A stretch of 64,000 nt of DNA. Origin: Octopus sinensis. Its lineage: Eukaryota. Positions 14,399 through 27,001 of this stretch are shown here, one piece after another. Positions within the stretch are counted from its first letter, which is position 1, and each line of letters begins with the position of its first letter. Below the pieces are notes generated by a model. It did no database searches. It worked only from the letters and a program-made list of their open reading frames with translations, and had not been told where the DNA came from. The translations under genes were made by a program, and so were the position numbers. The stretch spans positions 73,098,001-73,162,000 of the forward strand of contig NC_043005.1 in assembly GCF_006345805.1 (NCBI RefSeq). The letters run 5' to 3'.

Positions 14399-14471
14399 CC
14401 CGTCAGTGTTTTTTGTATCGTCTTCTAAAGTTTTGCATTCTTGTCCCAGTTTGTATCTTTTTTACACACAC

Positions 14472-14526
<55 letters not shown>

Positions 14527-16481
14527 ATATATATAAAAACCGTTTATCCTTACACATTTTCTTCTCTCTCCATGTTTCTTCTCTCAATCCTTTTGTCGAA
14601 GAACGTAAGCTCGAATCGCCAAAGACATTACCATTCTTAACGAGCGTTAGACCTATTTGTTGTTATTTCACCTGTCTTCGTTTTTTGTTTTCCGTAAATT
14701 TGAGCTATATGTGTGTGTGTGTATGTATATATATATGTTTGTATGTGTAATAAAAATTATATATATTAATATATATTATATATATATATATATATATTGG
14801 TACCGTACGGCACCCACAAACATTGTCAGACAGTAAAAGGGGAGAGTAAGATTCCCTTTCCATCTGTAGCCTAGAGTAACACATTGGACAAGTTCTAGCA
14901 AGTGATCTAGTCGTGCGGAGTAGCCTCATCATTGACCTTGCTCGTTGTACAGTTGTAAACCAGTTAGTATTTGGAGTGAAGACCCAGAGATGCAGTGTGT
15001 TAGGGGATTCGATGCCAACTGCCTACTCACCGCCGTCCAGGGCGTTTGATGTCAACTCAATGTTGACCTACGACGGTAACTAGTTCTCAGCATATTTATC
15101 CGTTATTTAAATAGGGAAATGCAATTTCAAGAAACATAAATATCTTAATGCAGTAATCCCATGACACACTACGATGCACACAGATGTACAGACTGCAATT
15201 TTATGTCTTCAAACTTGTACGCAAGTTATAACAGAGGTTTATTGAAATACAGGTCAAATGAAAGTTTCTTTCTTCATATGATTTTCTTTCTATCAACTAC
15301 TATTAGTTAAGCTACTAAATTAAACGCATACATATTTGGTGAAAATGTATACATTATTTTAGCGGGATTTCAGCGTTTAATTGCCTTATGGCTAATTGGT
15401 TAGTTTATCTGCTCTAATTCATATATTCTATAATGAATTTACTCTGTATTTAAAAACGGAGTAGTTTGATCTTGAAATTAAAGTGATTATTGATTTTCGG
15501 AATTCACTACTTTAATTATGATTTAATTTTAGACTAAAGTTTTGTTAATTATACATCCAGATAAAAACCACAACAATCTATATATTGTTATGATATGTGG
15601 GCAACTAGTTCCATTCTGAGAAAATGGAAGGTATCAAATGGAGATAGAATCAAGACAACCAATACAGAAACAAGTATAAACCATTTTGTACGTGTGTCTA
15701 TAATTTTGTGACGGTGACTATGATGCTATTCAGATTGTCACGATATACGCTCAAATATTATGCTTTCAATAATCTTGGAATAACGACATAAGAGAGGAAA
15801 TTTAAATCTTTGACTAAATGAGTAAATCTTATGCCTTAATGAATTAGATATTAACTGTAGAAAAGAAAGATATTGAAGATTTAATTGAAGACTCAATCGG
15901 AGATTTTAACAGAAGACAATAGATGTTATGTAATCTATAAATATGTATATGAAAACACAAATAAGTTAAAATATATAGAATTTCCATGGATCCCGCTTAT
16001 TGCATGTTATTATAAGGTTACTTCTTGCTTGTTCTAACGTTACCCGCAAATCACATGGAAGCAGATTCAAAAGAAAATTGACTCATAAGATAATTTAGTC
16101 ACAGAGAAACCGTGTCAAAATAAATAAACGAATAAATAAAGGGAAATCACCGACCCGAAAGAATTTCCTTGAAAATCTCCAATGAACTGCTACATGTACG
16201 ACAATAATCAATTTATACTTAAAAACATAATATAATACCATTATATAAGAAAGCAGAACTAATATATATACATATAGGTACTTTAGCTGCTATTTCTAAG
16301 GTTCGGTATGTGGTGAAGCAAATTTTTTTGCTGAACCCTAATTATAATTATACTCGTAATTATAAAAAATATTGCTTACGTTTACCGAAAATGGTCCTTT
16401 TAACAAGCCGAACACTAATTGTGGAATTATTAATTACTAATTAATTATTAATTAATTAATTTTACCCTTTATTATTATTGA

Positions 16482-16529
<48 letters not shown>

Positions 16530-16530
16530 C

Positions 16531-16561
<31 letters not shown>

Positions 16562-17608
16562 ATATACATGTTTATATATGTGTCTATAAGCATGTATATA
16601 TAAACATGCATACATATACACGTATGCATGTGTGTCTCTGTGTAATCTTTACGTATCTTATGTGATTCTACGTGGTATTATTGTTACGCAACATAAATCT
16701 GCGTAAAAGTATTTTGTTTCAAGTTTATATTTAACATTTCATAATTTTTTAAAGAGTATACAGTGAATATGCTTGTATGTATGTATTTATGTAGAAGTTG
16801 CTCCCATCGGTGCTTGGTTCAGAATCTACAAAGCTAAAACAAAATAAGAAGCTCTTTCTCTCATATAACGCCAATCCTATGGCGATTAGGTTTATTACGT
16901 AATTATGGGAAAACTGCGTGATTAACGAAATATTTCAAGATATTCTTAAACTTTGCAAGTCCACCGGGAAAAAGAAAAAACAGGACTTATATATACTCAC
17001 TGACACAAATCACACATAACTGCATGTATGTGTGAGTGTACTTACGTATGGTATAAGTTTATACGCACGCACACTCATACGCACGCGCGTACACACACAC
17101 AATACGCATACGTATATATACATATATATATGTATACAGAAAGAGAGAGAGGAAAGAATGATAATGCAAAAAAAAGAAATGTGGTATTTTAAATATAGAT
17201 ACATATATACATGTAAATATATATATAGTGATATATATATATAGAGAGAGAAATAAAAACTGAAAATATTCAGTAGATGAACATTCATGTATAAGCATGT
17301 AGATATTTGTATATTTACAGAACAGATTCACATAGAGTACAAAAGATACAGACAACTACCAGGAGACGGTGTGGAATTTCAGGTCCTACAGCTGTTTCAG
17401 GGGGCTCGGACTGACATAGTAGTTGCAATTTTGAAAGGTAGGATTTGCAAAATGTCACGAATACGCAACAAATAGTGGATGCATATAAACATTACCGTAA
17501 CTCGAGCCTCTGTCTTTTGGATGGAGAGATTGGTGTGTTTCTTTATGAAGTTGCATCATTATCTCCATATCAGCTTATCTGGATTTCTCATATATCCTAT
17601 ATTAGTAG

Positions 17609-17609
<1 letters not shown>

Positions 17610-17643
<34 letters not shown>

Positions 17644-17747
17644 TATATACATGAATATATATATATATATTCAAATATGTATACATATATACACATTTAT
17701 ATACACACATATTTATATATATACATAAATATATACCTATATATATT

Positions 17748-17787
<40 letters not shown>

Positions 17788-17897
17788 TATACCTATATAT
17801 ATTTATATACATATATATGTATGTATATATGGGTGTGCATATACGTATGTATATATATATGTATATATATATATATATGTATGTATATATGTGTGCG

Positions 17898-17975
<78 letters not shown>

Positions 17976-18260
17976 ATATATGCACGCAGCTGTACATATA
18001 AACAACTATGCATGTCCGTTCCATATATGATATACATGCATGCATATGAGTATAAACCATATATAAATAGATATCCGCAGATATTACAGTCTAAAATAAA
18101 GATTAAAATGAATTGTGCTTCTTATATAGAAACCAATTTCTTCCTATTTATGTATCTATCAACATGATACATTCCCACGTTATCTCATATTGCGCTCGCT
18201 TGTAATATATATATATATAGGACCAAACTTTCCAGGCTTCTATAGATATAGTAGCTCTTC

Positions 18261-18294
<34 letters not shown>

Positions 18295-18572
18295 GTATAA
18301 ATATAAGTATGTATATATGTGTGTCTGTCTGCATGTGTGTATGCGATTGTGTGTGTGTGTGTGTGTGTGTGCGTTGTGTGTCTGATGAGATTGTTTTGAT
18401 TTGCGAACCGATGAAACTTTAAATTGTATAAAGCTGAGTACACTGATATATGTAACTCCCGACCAAATGTGTTGGGTGCCAATTCTTGTTTGTATGTATG
18501 TATGTATGTATGTATGTATGTATGTATGTATGTATGTATGTATGTATGTATGTATGTATGTGTGTATGTATG

Positions 18573-18618
<46 letters not shown>

Positions 18619-18685
18619 CTTACATACATACATACATACATACATAATACACACATACATACATACATATATATATATATATATT
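17610..18685. repeat. Cluster of (TA)n, (CA)n and (TATG)n microsatellites
   Basis: Read directly from the sequence. Confidence 0.95.
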
Positions 18686-19123
18686 AGTGTGTAGGAGTGA
18701 ACGCAAAATAGCGTGGTATAGATAACACAGATTAATTATGAATACATAATTACTTTTCTTCCCTTATTCTGTAATATGCATTTTGTATTGTATGTAATTA
18801 CACGCTTTTCAGCCCAGCTGTGTTTATCTCCCTTTTTAACACTCTCTCGTTATAAAACTATATTATATATCTATACACGAATGAATATATACGTCTGTGT
18901 ATGTGTGTATTTCTGTGAGTGTGTGTGTGCGTGTGTGTATATACATATGCATGTATTTGCATGCTTATGCATACGGATGTGTATGGACATATATACTCAT
19001 GTGTTTGTATATATTATATATATATATATATGCATGTACATAAAAATATTAGGATGTTAACCTGAATTTATACTATTAAACTCGCTCCATTTTCCTTGGT
19101 ATATATATATATATATATATATA

Positions 19124-19177
<54 letters not shown>

Positions 19178-21251
19178 GTGTGTGTGGTGTAGTCAATTCA
19201 AATAAATAAACAATTCAAAATTTAAAAATCAAATAAAAACAAAAAGGACGAATTCTTGTGCACATCCTCTCGTGACGAGGTGCACAAGGATACACACAGA
19301 CACACATGTATATATGTGTGTGTATGTGTGTATGTATGCATACATGTAGGCATGAATGCACGTATGTATGTATGTATGTATGTATGTGTTTATGTATGTA
19401 TGTATGTATGCGTGCATGTATATACGTATGTAGACAAACTTTTGCTAGGAAATGTTTGATTGTGACTTCGAAGTTTTGCTTTGTTTGCAGTTATCAATCT
19501 GATAGCGGCCAGAAAGGTATCACTTCAAAGTCATCATTGCCAATCTTGTCTGTTTTAGGATTTAATAAATATGTTCTCCGCGAAATGTATCTACTCTACT
19601 ATAATGTGATCTTTAAGTGTAATGTTAAATTCTTTTTACTCATCATTTTACAATAAAGCAAGTCTGAATGCACACATATAAGTATATGTTTGTGTATGTG
19701 TGTGTGAGTGAATTTATGTGTGAGTATGTGTGTGTCTGCGTGTGTGTGTGTGCTGTGTGCGTGTGTATATTCAAAAATAACTATGTATATACATATTAAC
19801 CATACACACCCTCAAAGATAGAAATATAATACATACACACATACTCACATACGTACACACATGTAAATGTGAATGGATTCGCGTGTCCGGCAGTAACTGA
19901 TTATCTTACAGGATGTGACTTTAAATCTGTTTGTAGGTTTATATGCACTATTCCGATATATTCTATATTTTTATATCTGTTGTTCTTCATGTTATGCGGC
20001 AAAAGTTATATAAAATATACGTCGGTAATAAACAATTTATAATGTTAATGAAAATGTCTTTCTTTTTTATTTCTATTTTTCTCTTGAATGATTTTCTTTT
20101 TTTTCAAAATTTATGATATGTGGGTTTTATTTTTATATTTTATTTTTCCGATTAAGTCACCCATTTGTTTCATATTATTACAAAAATACAACAACAGAGA
20201 GAAATAAATACTTTTTTCTTTGCTTTTAAACTTGTTTGAATAAAAATTATGAATAATGCCAAATTCAATGGTCACAAATACGTAATGAAAGCTCCAACTC
20301 AACAACAACAATAACAACAATAACAGCAATATTGAGTGTAATACATAGCAACAATATCTACAGCGTGAACCACAAAATTTGTAGAAAACTTATTTCGGTC
20401 ACTTGACCCAGTAGTTATTGAACTGTTTTTGAATTCAGCTCGTTATATAGATTTTAGATTTACTCTTTGTAGAAATTTATTTACATAAAATATACATAAC
20501 TATACACAACGTCCACTTACAATTTTATGCAAATTTGAGCTTCACTATAATCTTTAGTTCAGCTTCAGGTTATTTCACTTATTAGTATCCTCGACTGAAA
20601 CTCAAATCTAGCATCAAATATAAAATGTATTGTCTTGAATTACAGTGCAAATTGAAATAAATGGTTCGGAAATTTTATGGTCATTTTCCATATGGAAGAT
20701 TTCCAGTATCTTCCAGAATTCTTTTCATTACTGTCTAATTTTCACAGTAACATCTCATTCTATCAGGCAATTTGCAAGCATTTAAAACTGTGCTACAAGC
20801 CAGTTGTGGTTTGCCAGACAATCATTACTGTAAAATCTTACATCTGCCCAGAATTCACCATAGAAAATACCGGGATTGTTTATACAAAATACAGATTTTC
20901 TTTCGTTCAACGAAGATAAATCTACCGCTGGGCACTGTATATGATGATTGTAAAGTTTACTTTGATAATTTTAATTGAAGTAAGTTTCATCCAATTTTAT
21001 ACCTTTCTTCTTGAAAATTTCATCTAATTTAGGATTCTTCTCAGTTATAAATCGCTCGGATTATATTCGGATGATTTTAATTTTAGTAGTTATTTTTTCA
21101 CGTCCTCGTATTCTGTCCGAATACGAGGGCAGTGAATACAATAAGCTACATACTGAACATAAACCTTTACTGTCAGAAAATAAGGTTTCATGGATTGAAT
21201 TCGAATTATATTAAATATGACTATAAAGCCCTTTAATGAAGATGATATTAA

Positions 21252-22376
21252 TCAAACACCGGTTTCTGTGGCATTGTCTACGATTACAGTACCTGATGTC
21301 GTTGACTTTCGGTCCATCATGGAAATATGATGCATGCCAGGTTTTCGCTTTTTACATTTGCACATACGTAATAGGCGACGATAGCTATTTTGCATGTCAG
21401 GCATACGTATCGCGTAAATGAGCGGATCAAATATAGAGTTCAGTGCAATTAGATTATATAGATAATACTGAGCTTGTTGTGATATCTGGTAGTAATTCAT
21501 CATATCTGGTAAGTTTGTAGCACTAACGATAGTCATAGTCAACTCCATTAAACAGTACGGCAACCAACAGATTATGTAGGATAGCAGTATAATGATTGTG
21601 GTAACGAGACCTTTGTTGTTACGGCGTATATTTGGTGCGTGACGAGTTTGCAGTTGAGGATACCTATAAATAGTTATGAATACTTGGCTATAAAGGAAAA
21701 CCATTTCAAAGAGGCACAAAATGACAACAGCGAATAAAACGAAATTCGGTTCAAACATAGTACACTTAATCGTGTCACAATAATTCAAAAACTTCTGATT
21801 CCTGCAGTTCTTGTACAAAGGTGTGAAAGGTAAAAGAAAATCAGAGAAACCACACAATGAACCGAGCACCCACACTCCAGCAATTAATATTCCAACATGA
21901 CGTCTGTCCATTAAATAAGAATGCTTCAGTGGAATATTAATAGCAATGTAATGATCAAGAGCCATTGCTGCTAAGTTCAGCAAGTTGGTCAACTGTCCAC
22001 TGATCATTAACGCCTCAACAACGGCATAGATACAAATTGATTTACCTTCATCTTCACCTTCTACTGGAAACATGAAGTTATTGTTGTTGGTGAGAGATGC
22101 AGTCAAAAAGCAGAGACTGATAAATAGATCTGACATGAGCAGGCTAGTAACCAATTGCTTATTGGCCGTGAATGTACCTTTGAATTGCATTATTGCAAAC
22201 AAAGAAACAGCGTTGGCAATGATAGCAACTATGCAAAGAATAATAGCTATCAAACGATCAATCCTCATAGAACCGTTTCCGCGGAAATCAATATTTGGAA
22301 AGGTGATGTTCGAAAAGTCAGTTTTGTTCCCAAAAGTGTATTCGTAGAAAGATATGTCGAATGGGAGATCTTCCAT
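21252..22376 (-). CDS. Class A (rhodopsin-like) 7TM GPCR, 374 aa, uninterrupted ORF; orphan, with a melanocortin/MECA-like TM7
   Basis: Seven hydrophobic segments with class A fingerprints: TM1 AN, TM2 LLMSD, Cys at the top of TM3, MALDHYIAI (DRY variant), TM4 W, TM6 CWLPY, TM7 NSIFDPLIY. N-terminal N-glycosylation sequons NKT/NIT/NGS; C-terminal CKCK. ATG at 22376, stop at 21252. Confidence 0.93.
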   Translation of the reverse strand: MEDLPFDISFYEYTFGNKTDFSNITFPNIDFRGNGSMRIDRLIAIILCIVAIIANAVSLFAIMQFKGTFTANKQLVTSLLMSDLFISLCFLTASLTNNNNFMFPVEGEDEGKSICIYAVVEALMISGQLTNLLNLAAMALDHYIAINIPLKHSYLMDRRHVGILIAGVWVLGSLCGFSDFLLPFTPLYKNCRNQKFLNYCDTIKCTMFEPNFVLFAVVILCLFEMVFLYSQVFITIYRYPQLQTRHAPNIRRNNKGLVTTIIILLSYIICWLPYCLMELTMTIVSATNLPDMMNYYQISQQAQYYLYNLIALNSIFDPLIYAIRMPDMQNSYRRLLRMCKCKKRKPGMHHISMMDRKSTTSGTVIVDNATETGV

Positions 22377-22391
22377 GTCCTCTGGATTAAA

Positions 22392-22409
22392 CTGAAAGGA
22401 AAGAAGAAG
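22392..22409 (-). promoter_or_regulatory. Putative 3' splice acceptor 15 nt upstream of the GPCR ATG
   Basis: Minus strand reads cttcttctttcctttcAG|tttaatccagaggacATG: a pyrimidine tract plus CAG. Confidence 0.55.
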
Positions 22410-22685
22410 TGAACAACGTTAACTGTTATTTAAATGTACAAAGATAATTTATTTATGTGAACAAAACAACAAAGTTAATTGTTATTCAAGTAAACAAAGT
22501 TATTTTTTATTTAAGTGGATAAAAATAACGGACATCTAAGCAAACGAAGATGTGTTACGTGAACAAATGTAACTGACATTTAAGCGAACAACGATAATTG
22601 TTATTCAAATTAACCGTGATAGCTGTTATTTAACAAAAATAAATATAACTATCATTTAAGATTATAAATGTAGCTGATATTTATG
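22409..22685. repeat. Diverged ~25-bp minisatellite (about 10 units)
   Basis: Units such as gtgaacaacgttaactgttatttaa, gtgaacaaatgtaactgacatttaa, gcgaacaacgataattgttattcaa, attaaccgtgatagctgttatttaa. Confidence 0.7.
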
Positions 22686-23204
22686 TCAAAATGAATATTT
22701 TTTAGTTTTTAACAGGTAAGAATTAAATACGTGGCAGAAGGAACCAGAAAGGAACATCAAGGTTTCTATGTCTGAATTATATGCCTGCAAAGATTCGTAC
22801 AGTAAACTGGAAATAAATTGCTGCAAGCTGGTAGTCTAAACCCCCGAAACAGGGTTTATTCCGATTCATTTTGAGTCACTGTTAACATTCCATTCTCTCC
22901 ATATATTGAAGTCGGATCTATAAACTATTTTCAGCAACAGATCAGTAGGGAACACAAACAACTGAAGAAAGTCACTAGGACGATAAGTTTGGAAGTTTAG
23001 AACTAATGAAGTCGATTGTGGTTGGCAGGGGATCTCAGATGGAATTCTTTTGTAGGCGAATGTTAATTCTGTGTATGCTGTTCCACTCAGACGAACCGTA
23101 CTGGATAAGGAGCAAAATTGTCGAGTGATAACTGTTGATGATGTAGAAGAGTTTCCAAAGAGAACAAGTCTAATAATCATTTCTACAATAAACACAAGGC
23201 CTGA

Positions 23205-23545
23205 AATTTAGGGAAGGTGGATAGACGATTATAGCGACCCCAGTGTTTCACCGGTACTTAATTTATCGACCCCGAAAGGATGAAAAGCAAGGCAACTGTG
23301 GTAGAATTTGAAGTCAGAACGTAGCGGCTGACGAAATACCTATTTCTTTACTACCCACAAGGGGCTAAACACAGAGGGGACAAACAAGGACAGACATAGG
23401 TATTAAGTCGATTACATCGACCCCAGTGCCTAACTGGTACTTAATTTATCGACCCCGAAAGGATGACAGGCAAAGTCGACCTCGGCGGAATTTGAACTCA
23501 GAACGTAACAGCAGACGAAATACCGCTAAGCATTTCGCCGCCATT
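23205..23545 (-). mobile_element. SINE family A dimer
   Basis: Two cores joined at the gaaatacc|tatttctttac junction. Confidence 0.85.
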
Positions 23546-24064
23546 GTAATGATGAAAATAATGCACTAAAAACACCGATCTGTATAATAGCAACATGTCT
23601 GATCTATTCCAATTTACGTGATACGCATGATATAATGTTACTTCACGTTAAAAAGCAAGTAATTTTATATTGTCAATAGTTCTAATTTTTATTAAGGAAT
23701 TAAGATCTTTGTGTGGTTGCTATTAATACGACAACGGGAATATGAGAAAAGAGGAACAAACAATGCGATTGCTTCGAATTTTCTATTCAAAAGATGGGTG
23801 AACGACATTTTAAATGTACGGTAATCACCTGCTATAGTCAAGTCGTAAATGCTTTCTCCTGGGCGCGCGCGGGCGCGCGTGTGTGTGCGTGTGCGTGTGT
23901 GTGTGTGCGTGTGTGTATACGTGTGTGTGTGCGCGCAATGTATTAACATATTTGTATGCAAACATGCACGCCCACATATGCTACACCACAGGAGCGAAAC
24001 CGAGGCCACGGGATTTCAAAACGCACGTATTGACCGTAGAAAAGAGACTGTGTAGTTGTTCATA

Positions 24065-24482
24065 TATACTCTTACTCTTTTACTCTTTTATTTGCTTCAG
24101 TCATTTGACTGCGGCCGTGCTGGAGCACCACCATTAGTCGAGCAAAGGACGCCAGGACTTATTCTTTGGACGCCTAGTACTTATTCTATCGGCCGCTTTT
24201 ACCGAATCCCTAAGTTACGGGGACGTAAACACACCAGTATCGGGTGTTAAGCGATATTGGGGGGACAAACACAGATACACAAACACACACATATATATAT
24301 GTACATATACATATATACGACGGGCTTCTTTCAGTTTCCGTCTACCAAATTCACTCACAAGGCTTTGGTCGGCCCGAGGCTATAGTAGAAGACACTTGCC
24401 CAAGGTGTCACGCAGTGAGACTGAACCCAGAACCATGTGGTTGGTAAGCAAGCCACTTATTACACAGCGACTCCTGCGCCTA
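24065..24482 (-). mobile_element. SINE family B, full length
   Basis: Same two-part consensus as 1347-1860. Confidence 0.88.
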
Positions 24483-24573
24483 TGTGTATATATATCTATG
24501 TATGTGTGTGTCTGTGTGCGCGTGTGTGTGTGTGTGTAACTTTTTCTTTGTGTCTGCTCATATTCAACCGCGT

Positions 24574-24958
24574 AGGAGGCGCAATGGCCCAGTGGTTAGG
24601 GCAGCGGACTCGCGGTCGTAGAATCGCAGTTTCGATTCCCAGACCGGGCGTTGTGAGTGTTTATTGAGCGAAAACACCTAATGCTCCACGAGGCACGGCA
24701 GGGATGGTGGTGATCCCTGCTGTACTCTTTCACCACAACTTTCTCTCACTCTTACTTCCTGTTTCTGTTGTACCTGTATTTCAAAGGGCCGGCCTTGTCA
24801 CTCTCTGTGTCACGGTGAATATCCCCGAGAACTACGTTAAGGGGTACACGTGTCTGTGGAGTGCTCAGCCACTTACACGTTAATTTCACGAGCAGGCTGT
24901 TCCGTTGATTCGGATCAACCGCAACCCTCGTTGTCGTAACTGACGGAGTGCTTCCACC
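24574..24958 (+). mobile_element. SINE family C (tRNA-like head) with a 12-bp TSD
   Basis: Head ggaggcgcaatggcccagtggttagg...ggtttcgattccc-type; TSD attcaaccgcgt at 24562-24573 and 24959-24970. Confidence 0.92.
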
Positions 24959-25392
24959 ATTCAACCGCGTGACTAGCGGTTTTGATTTGCTAACGTCCTT
25001 AGAACTTTAATTTGCGACAAAACGAAACGATAGAATAAGTATCTGCCATTAAAAAATAAAATAACCACCAGAGTCAATCTGTTCAAATGAATTATACAAG
25101 GCAGTGTCCCAGCATGACCGCGGTCCATATGACTGAAACAAATAAAATAATTAAAATAAATGAACAGTGACCTCATCTAAATTCAAACTCGAACCATTTT
25201 TCTATGACCAAAGACGCTTAATGACAAATATGGGAGCGAAATGTTAGATATAATTTTCGTTTTAGGTATCTGAATCACTTAAAGCTTTTCTTCTATATAT
25301 CGTTCTGTCGCTTGCAGTACCGAGAAGAAACAATGAGAGAGACATATCAGCTTCATATGTGTATGTATACATACATACATACGTACATATAT

Positions 25393-25431
<39 letters not shown>

Positions 25432-25435
<4 letters not shown>

Positions 25436-25834
25436 CGTATATTTGCCATTTGAATATGGCTAACCCCTAAGGGTGGATGCTACTGTAGTTTGTAGCCCCA
25501 GGAAGACACCTCCTCCAGCTGGCTATAGACAAACTTTCTGTGCCCTATCAGTATTTGTGAAGGGAAGCCATCCTTCCCGTCTTCAACTTATGATACACAC
25601 GGACTCGAGTTTCAAGGTATTGTGACAATCATAGTTGTCGACGAGAAGTCAGTTCCCCTCACAAATACATATACTTTTTCCAGTATCGATTGACACTGAT
25701 ATTGAAAAAGTGAAATCAAACAATGATAAATCTCAGAGCGAGTTATAAACAGTAGCGGCAACACATCGTGACGTATATTTGCCATTTGAATATTGCTAAC
25801 CCCTAAGGGTGGAAGCTACTGTAGTTTGTAGCCC
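25432..25834 (+). repeat. 67-bp direct repeat with a 336-bp period (LTR-like unit plus partial copy)
   Basis: gtgacgtatatttgccatttgaat..gtagtttgtagccc at 25432-25498 and 25768-25834. Confidence 0.75.
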
Positions 25835-26100
25835 ATACACACATAAATATATACATACATATATGGGAATCTTACATTGCTTATAAACTCTATATTTAGA
25901 AGGACTCATTTTAAACTCTGTTGTACTTTTGGACTTTACTCATAGGATATTGTAATATTGCATATATAACACTATGCCTAAAAAATGGGTTTACTACTTC
26001 AATACCCATACACATCTTGCATCTATTTTCTTTCCTCCACCTCACTTTCTATTTTGTATCACATCTAAACTAACTATGACTAAACTACCCTCTCACACCA

Positions 26101-26150
26101 TCTCCGATGAAGGGATGTAATTAATAAATATCCTAGAAACAGCTGTAAGA
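26101..26150 (+). ncRNA. Minimal type I hammerhead ribozyme-like motif of PLE type
   Basis: tct-CCGATGA-a-gggat(13 nt)atcct-a-GAAAC-agct-GTA-aga; the palindrome ACAGCTGT forms stem III. Confidence 0.65.
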
Positions 26151-26232
26151 CCTTCTATATATAAATGCTCTAATATTTACACACTCTCGTTTTTTTTATC
26201 ATATTACGCAGAAAATTCTTATATTATATTAT

Positions 26233-26285
<53 letters not shown>

Positions 26286-26464
26286 GAGATAAGCCACCCA
26301 TACCTGGATACAACTTACACGACAGGAGCTCACTACTTGAATGGACCATAAACAAAACTTGACTTAAAAAGGATTTAGATAAGCCTATCAGGTGGTGCTA
26401 TTAAGTTAGACATGGCCTGGACCAATCTTTGGTCGAAACGTATCAGAGTTTAACACACACACAC

Positions 26465-26499
<35 letters not shown>

Positions 26500-26504
26500 T
26501 ATAG

Positions 26505-26542
<38 letters not shown>

Positions 26543-26605
26543 ATATATATTATATATAGATCAATAAATGGTGGGATTGTGTTGACCGCACGTGGAGAAA
26601 TGATA

Positions 26606-27001
26606 AGTAAGGAAAAATTTTTTTAAAAATGCAGAATGCTCAAATGAAAGAAAATTTTAATAAAATGAGAAAATGAGAAAATATATAAATATATATTTAT
26701 TCAACCGGTTTTCGTCATTGTATGACTTGTCAAGAATATTTATGTTTTAAGAAGTTATTTTAAAAATTAGAAAGGGGAAAAAAAGAAAATTGCATTGTTT
26801 TTTGTAAAAGAATAATGATAAAAATGTACAAAAATTAAAAAATAAGTTCTCCGATACATTGTGAGTTCGTTGTGTATCTTGAGTTTTATGGTTGTTTACC
26901 AAAAAATTACCTTGAGGTGTTAAGATCCAAAGGGAGTAAGAGCATGTGATGTGTTGTGTTGTTAAATTCAGCATGTTGCAGGACAGGAAGTAGTAGTAAT
27001 T
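26606..27001 (-). repeat. Left (inverted) terminal arm of the PLE
   Basis: Reverse complement of 28870-29100, plus 165 bp (26758-26922) that the right arm lacks. Confidence 0.9.
26698..26738 (-). ncRNA. Second copy of the same hammerhead-like motif, in the inverted arm
   Basis: Exact reverse complement of 28968-29008. Confidence 0.55.

Noticed and set aside
14590-14625. Hammerhead-like motif in the third TA-embedded repeat copy
   Set aside because: Core and GAAA are both mutated (gtcgaa.., gaat); kept only as evidence of family membership.
22072-22412. Plus-strand ORFs of 91 and 85 aa
   Set aside because: Antisense shadows of the GPCR CDS with no independent features.
24574-24650. tRNA-like sequences at SINE heads
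   Set aside because: They lack a complete cloverleaf or acceptor stem and continue into SINE bodies; no true tRNA gene was found.
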